Assembly (NCBI RefSeq): GCF_001457595.1
Contig: NZ_LN831039.1
Location: 5,010,001-5,042,000, forward strand
DNA: 32,000 nucleotides
Direction of reading: 5' to 3'
Source: Mycolicibacterium smegmatis
Lineage (GTDB): Bacteria; Actinomycetota; Actinomycetes; Mycobacteriales; Mycobacteriaceae
Part shown: one piece after another, positions 31,078 to 32,000 of the stretch
Layout of the letters: each line of letters opens with the position of its first letter
Position numbering within the stretch: position 1 is the first letter of the stretch
Notes under the pieces: generated by a model
The model's database searches: none
The model's input: only the letters and a program-made list of their open reading frames with translations
What the model was told of the DNA's origin: nothing
Translations under genes and position numbers: made by a program

Positions 31078-32000
31078 CTAGGCCTTCTTGGGTGCCGGCT
31101 TGCGGACCTTGACGGATTCCTTCTCCAGGTCCTCGGGATCGAGGGCCTCGGCGTTCTCGGAGACGACCACCGAGCTGCCGTCAGAGGCCTGGAAGCCCTT
31201 CTTGAATTCGTTGATGACCGAGACCAGCTTCTCCTCGGCTTCCTCGGAGAGCTTCTTGGTCTCACGGATGCCGTCGAAGATGTCGGAGTGGCTGGCCTTC
31301 ACGTGCTCCAGCAGCTCGGACTCGAAGCGCTGAACGTCTTCGACCGGAACGGAATCCAGGTGGCCCTGGGTGCCGAGGAAGATCGCGACGACCTGCTCCT
31401 CGACGGCCAGCGGGCTGTACTGCGGCTGCTTGAGCAGCTCGACCAGGCGGGCACCGCGGTCCAGCTGGGCCTTCGACGCGGCGTCGAGGTCCGAGGCGAA
31501 GGCCGCGAAGGCCTCCAGCTCGCGGTACTGCGACAGGTCCAGACGCAGCGAGCCTGCGACCTCTTTCATGGCCTTGATCTGGGCGGCGCCACCGACGCGG
31601 GACACCGACACACCGACGTTGATGGCCGGCCGCACACCCTGGTTGAACAGGTCGGACTCCAGGAAGCACTGGCCGTCGGTGATCGAGATGACGTTGGTCG
31701 GGATGAACGCCGAGATGTCGTTGGCCTTGGTCTCGATGATCGGCAGACCCGTCATCGAACCGCCGCCGAGTTCGTCCGACAGCTTCGCGCAGCGCTCCAG
31801 CAGGCGCGAGTGCAGGTAGAACACGTCACCGGGGAACGCCTCGCGGCCCGGCGGGCGGCGCAGCAGCAGCGAGATCGCGCGGTAGGCGTCGGCCTGCTTG
31901 GACAGGTCGTCGAACACGATCAGGACGTGCTTGCCGTTGTACATCCAGTGCTGGCCGATGGCCGAGCCGGTGTAGGGGGCCAGCCACTTGAAGCCTGCGG
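31078..32000 (-). CDS. atpA: F1 ATP synthase subunit alpha, C-terminal part (5' end beyond the window)
   Basis: The frame stays open to base 32000 (…[40 protein letters not shown]…). The listed ORF 31078..31944 is only the internal-Met portion. The stop codon is at 31078-31080. Confidence 0.95.
   Translation of the reverse strand, partial: AGFKWLAPYTGSAIGQHWMYNGKHVLIVFDDLSKQADAYRAISLLLRRPPGREAFPGDVFYLHSRLLERCAKLSDELGGGSMTGLPIIETKANDISAFIPTNVISITDGQCFLESDLFNQGVRPAINVGVSVSRVGGAAQIKAMKEVAGSLRLDLSQYRELEAFAAFASDLDAASKAQLDRGARLVELLKQPQYSPLAVEEQVVAIFLGTQGHLDSVPVEDVQRFESELLEHVKASHSDIFDGIRETKKLSEEAEEKLVSVINEFKKGFQASDGSSVVVSENAEALDPEDLEKESVKVRKPAPKKA

Overview
High-GC actinobacterial chromosome, almost certainly a fast-growing Mycobacterium/Mycolicibacterium (M. 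smegmatis-like). Gene order is collinear with M. tuberculosis Rv1330c to Rv1308. In order: pncB (partial), dinG, [Zn-peptidase lipoprotein, vgb], glgP, divergent glgE-glgB, Trx-fold/TPR protein, DUF3817, fadA4, divergent methylmalonyl-CoA epimerase, Rv1322-like zinc-ribbon protein, nucS, divergent adenylate cyclase, adaA-alkA, ogt, a complete rRNA operon on the minus strand (16S-23S-5S), murA, divergent PduO-type adenosyltransferase, DUF2550, and atpC-atpD-atpG-atpA (partial). This is a core housekeeping region. I see no IS element, prophage, CRISPR array, toxin-antitoxin pair or recognisable defence island, and I could not find a convincing novel multi-gene system. The best leads are four. 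(1) nucS is translationally coupled to an uncharacterised zinc-ribbon protein. (2) A lineage-specific two-gene insert lies between dinG and glgP: a tandem-module Zn-peptidase lipoprotein whose second module has lost HExxH, plus a streptogramin-lyase homologue coupled to glgP by a GTGA overlap. (3) A DUF2550 membrane protein is attached to the end of the atp operon. (4) A candidate operator sits in the fadA4/epimerase divergent region. Several starts in the ORF track are over-extended; I re-set them using homology to M. tuberculosis proteins recalled from memory, SD sequences, or TANNNT-plus-7-nt leaderless signatures. The many long ORFs antisense to real genes, and all ORFs inside the rRNA operon, are treated as artefacts. 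All homology statements come from memory and motif reading, not from searches.
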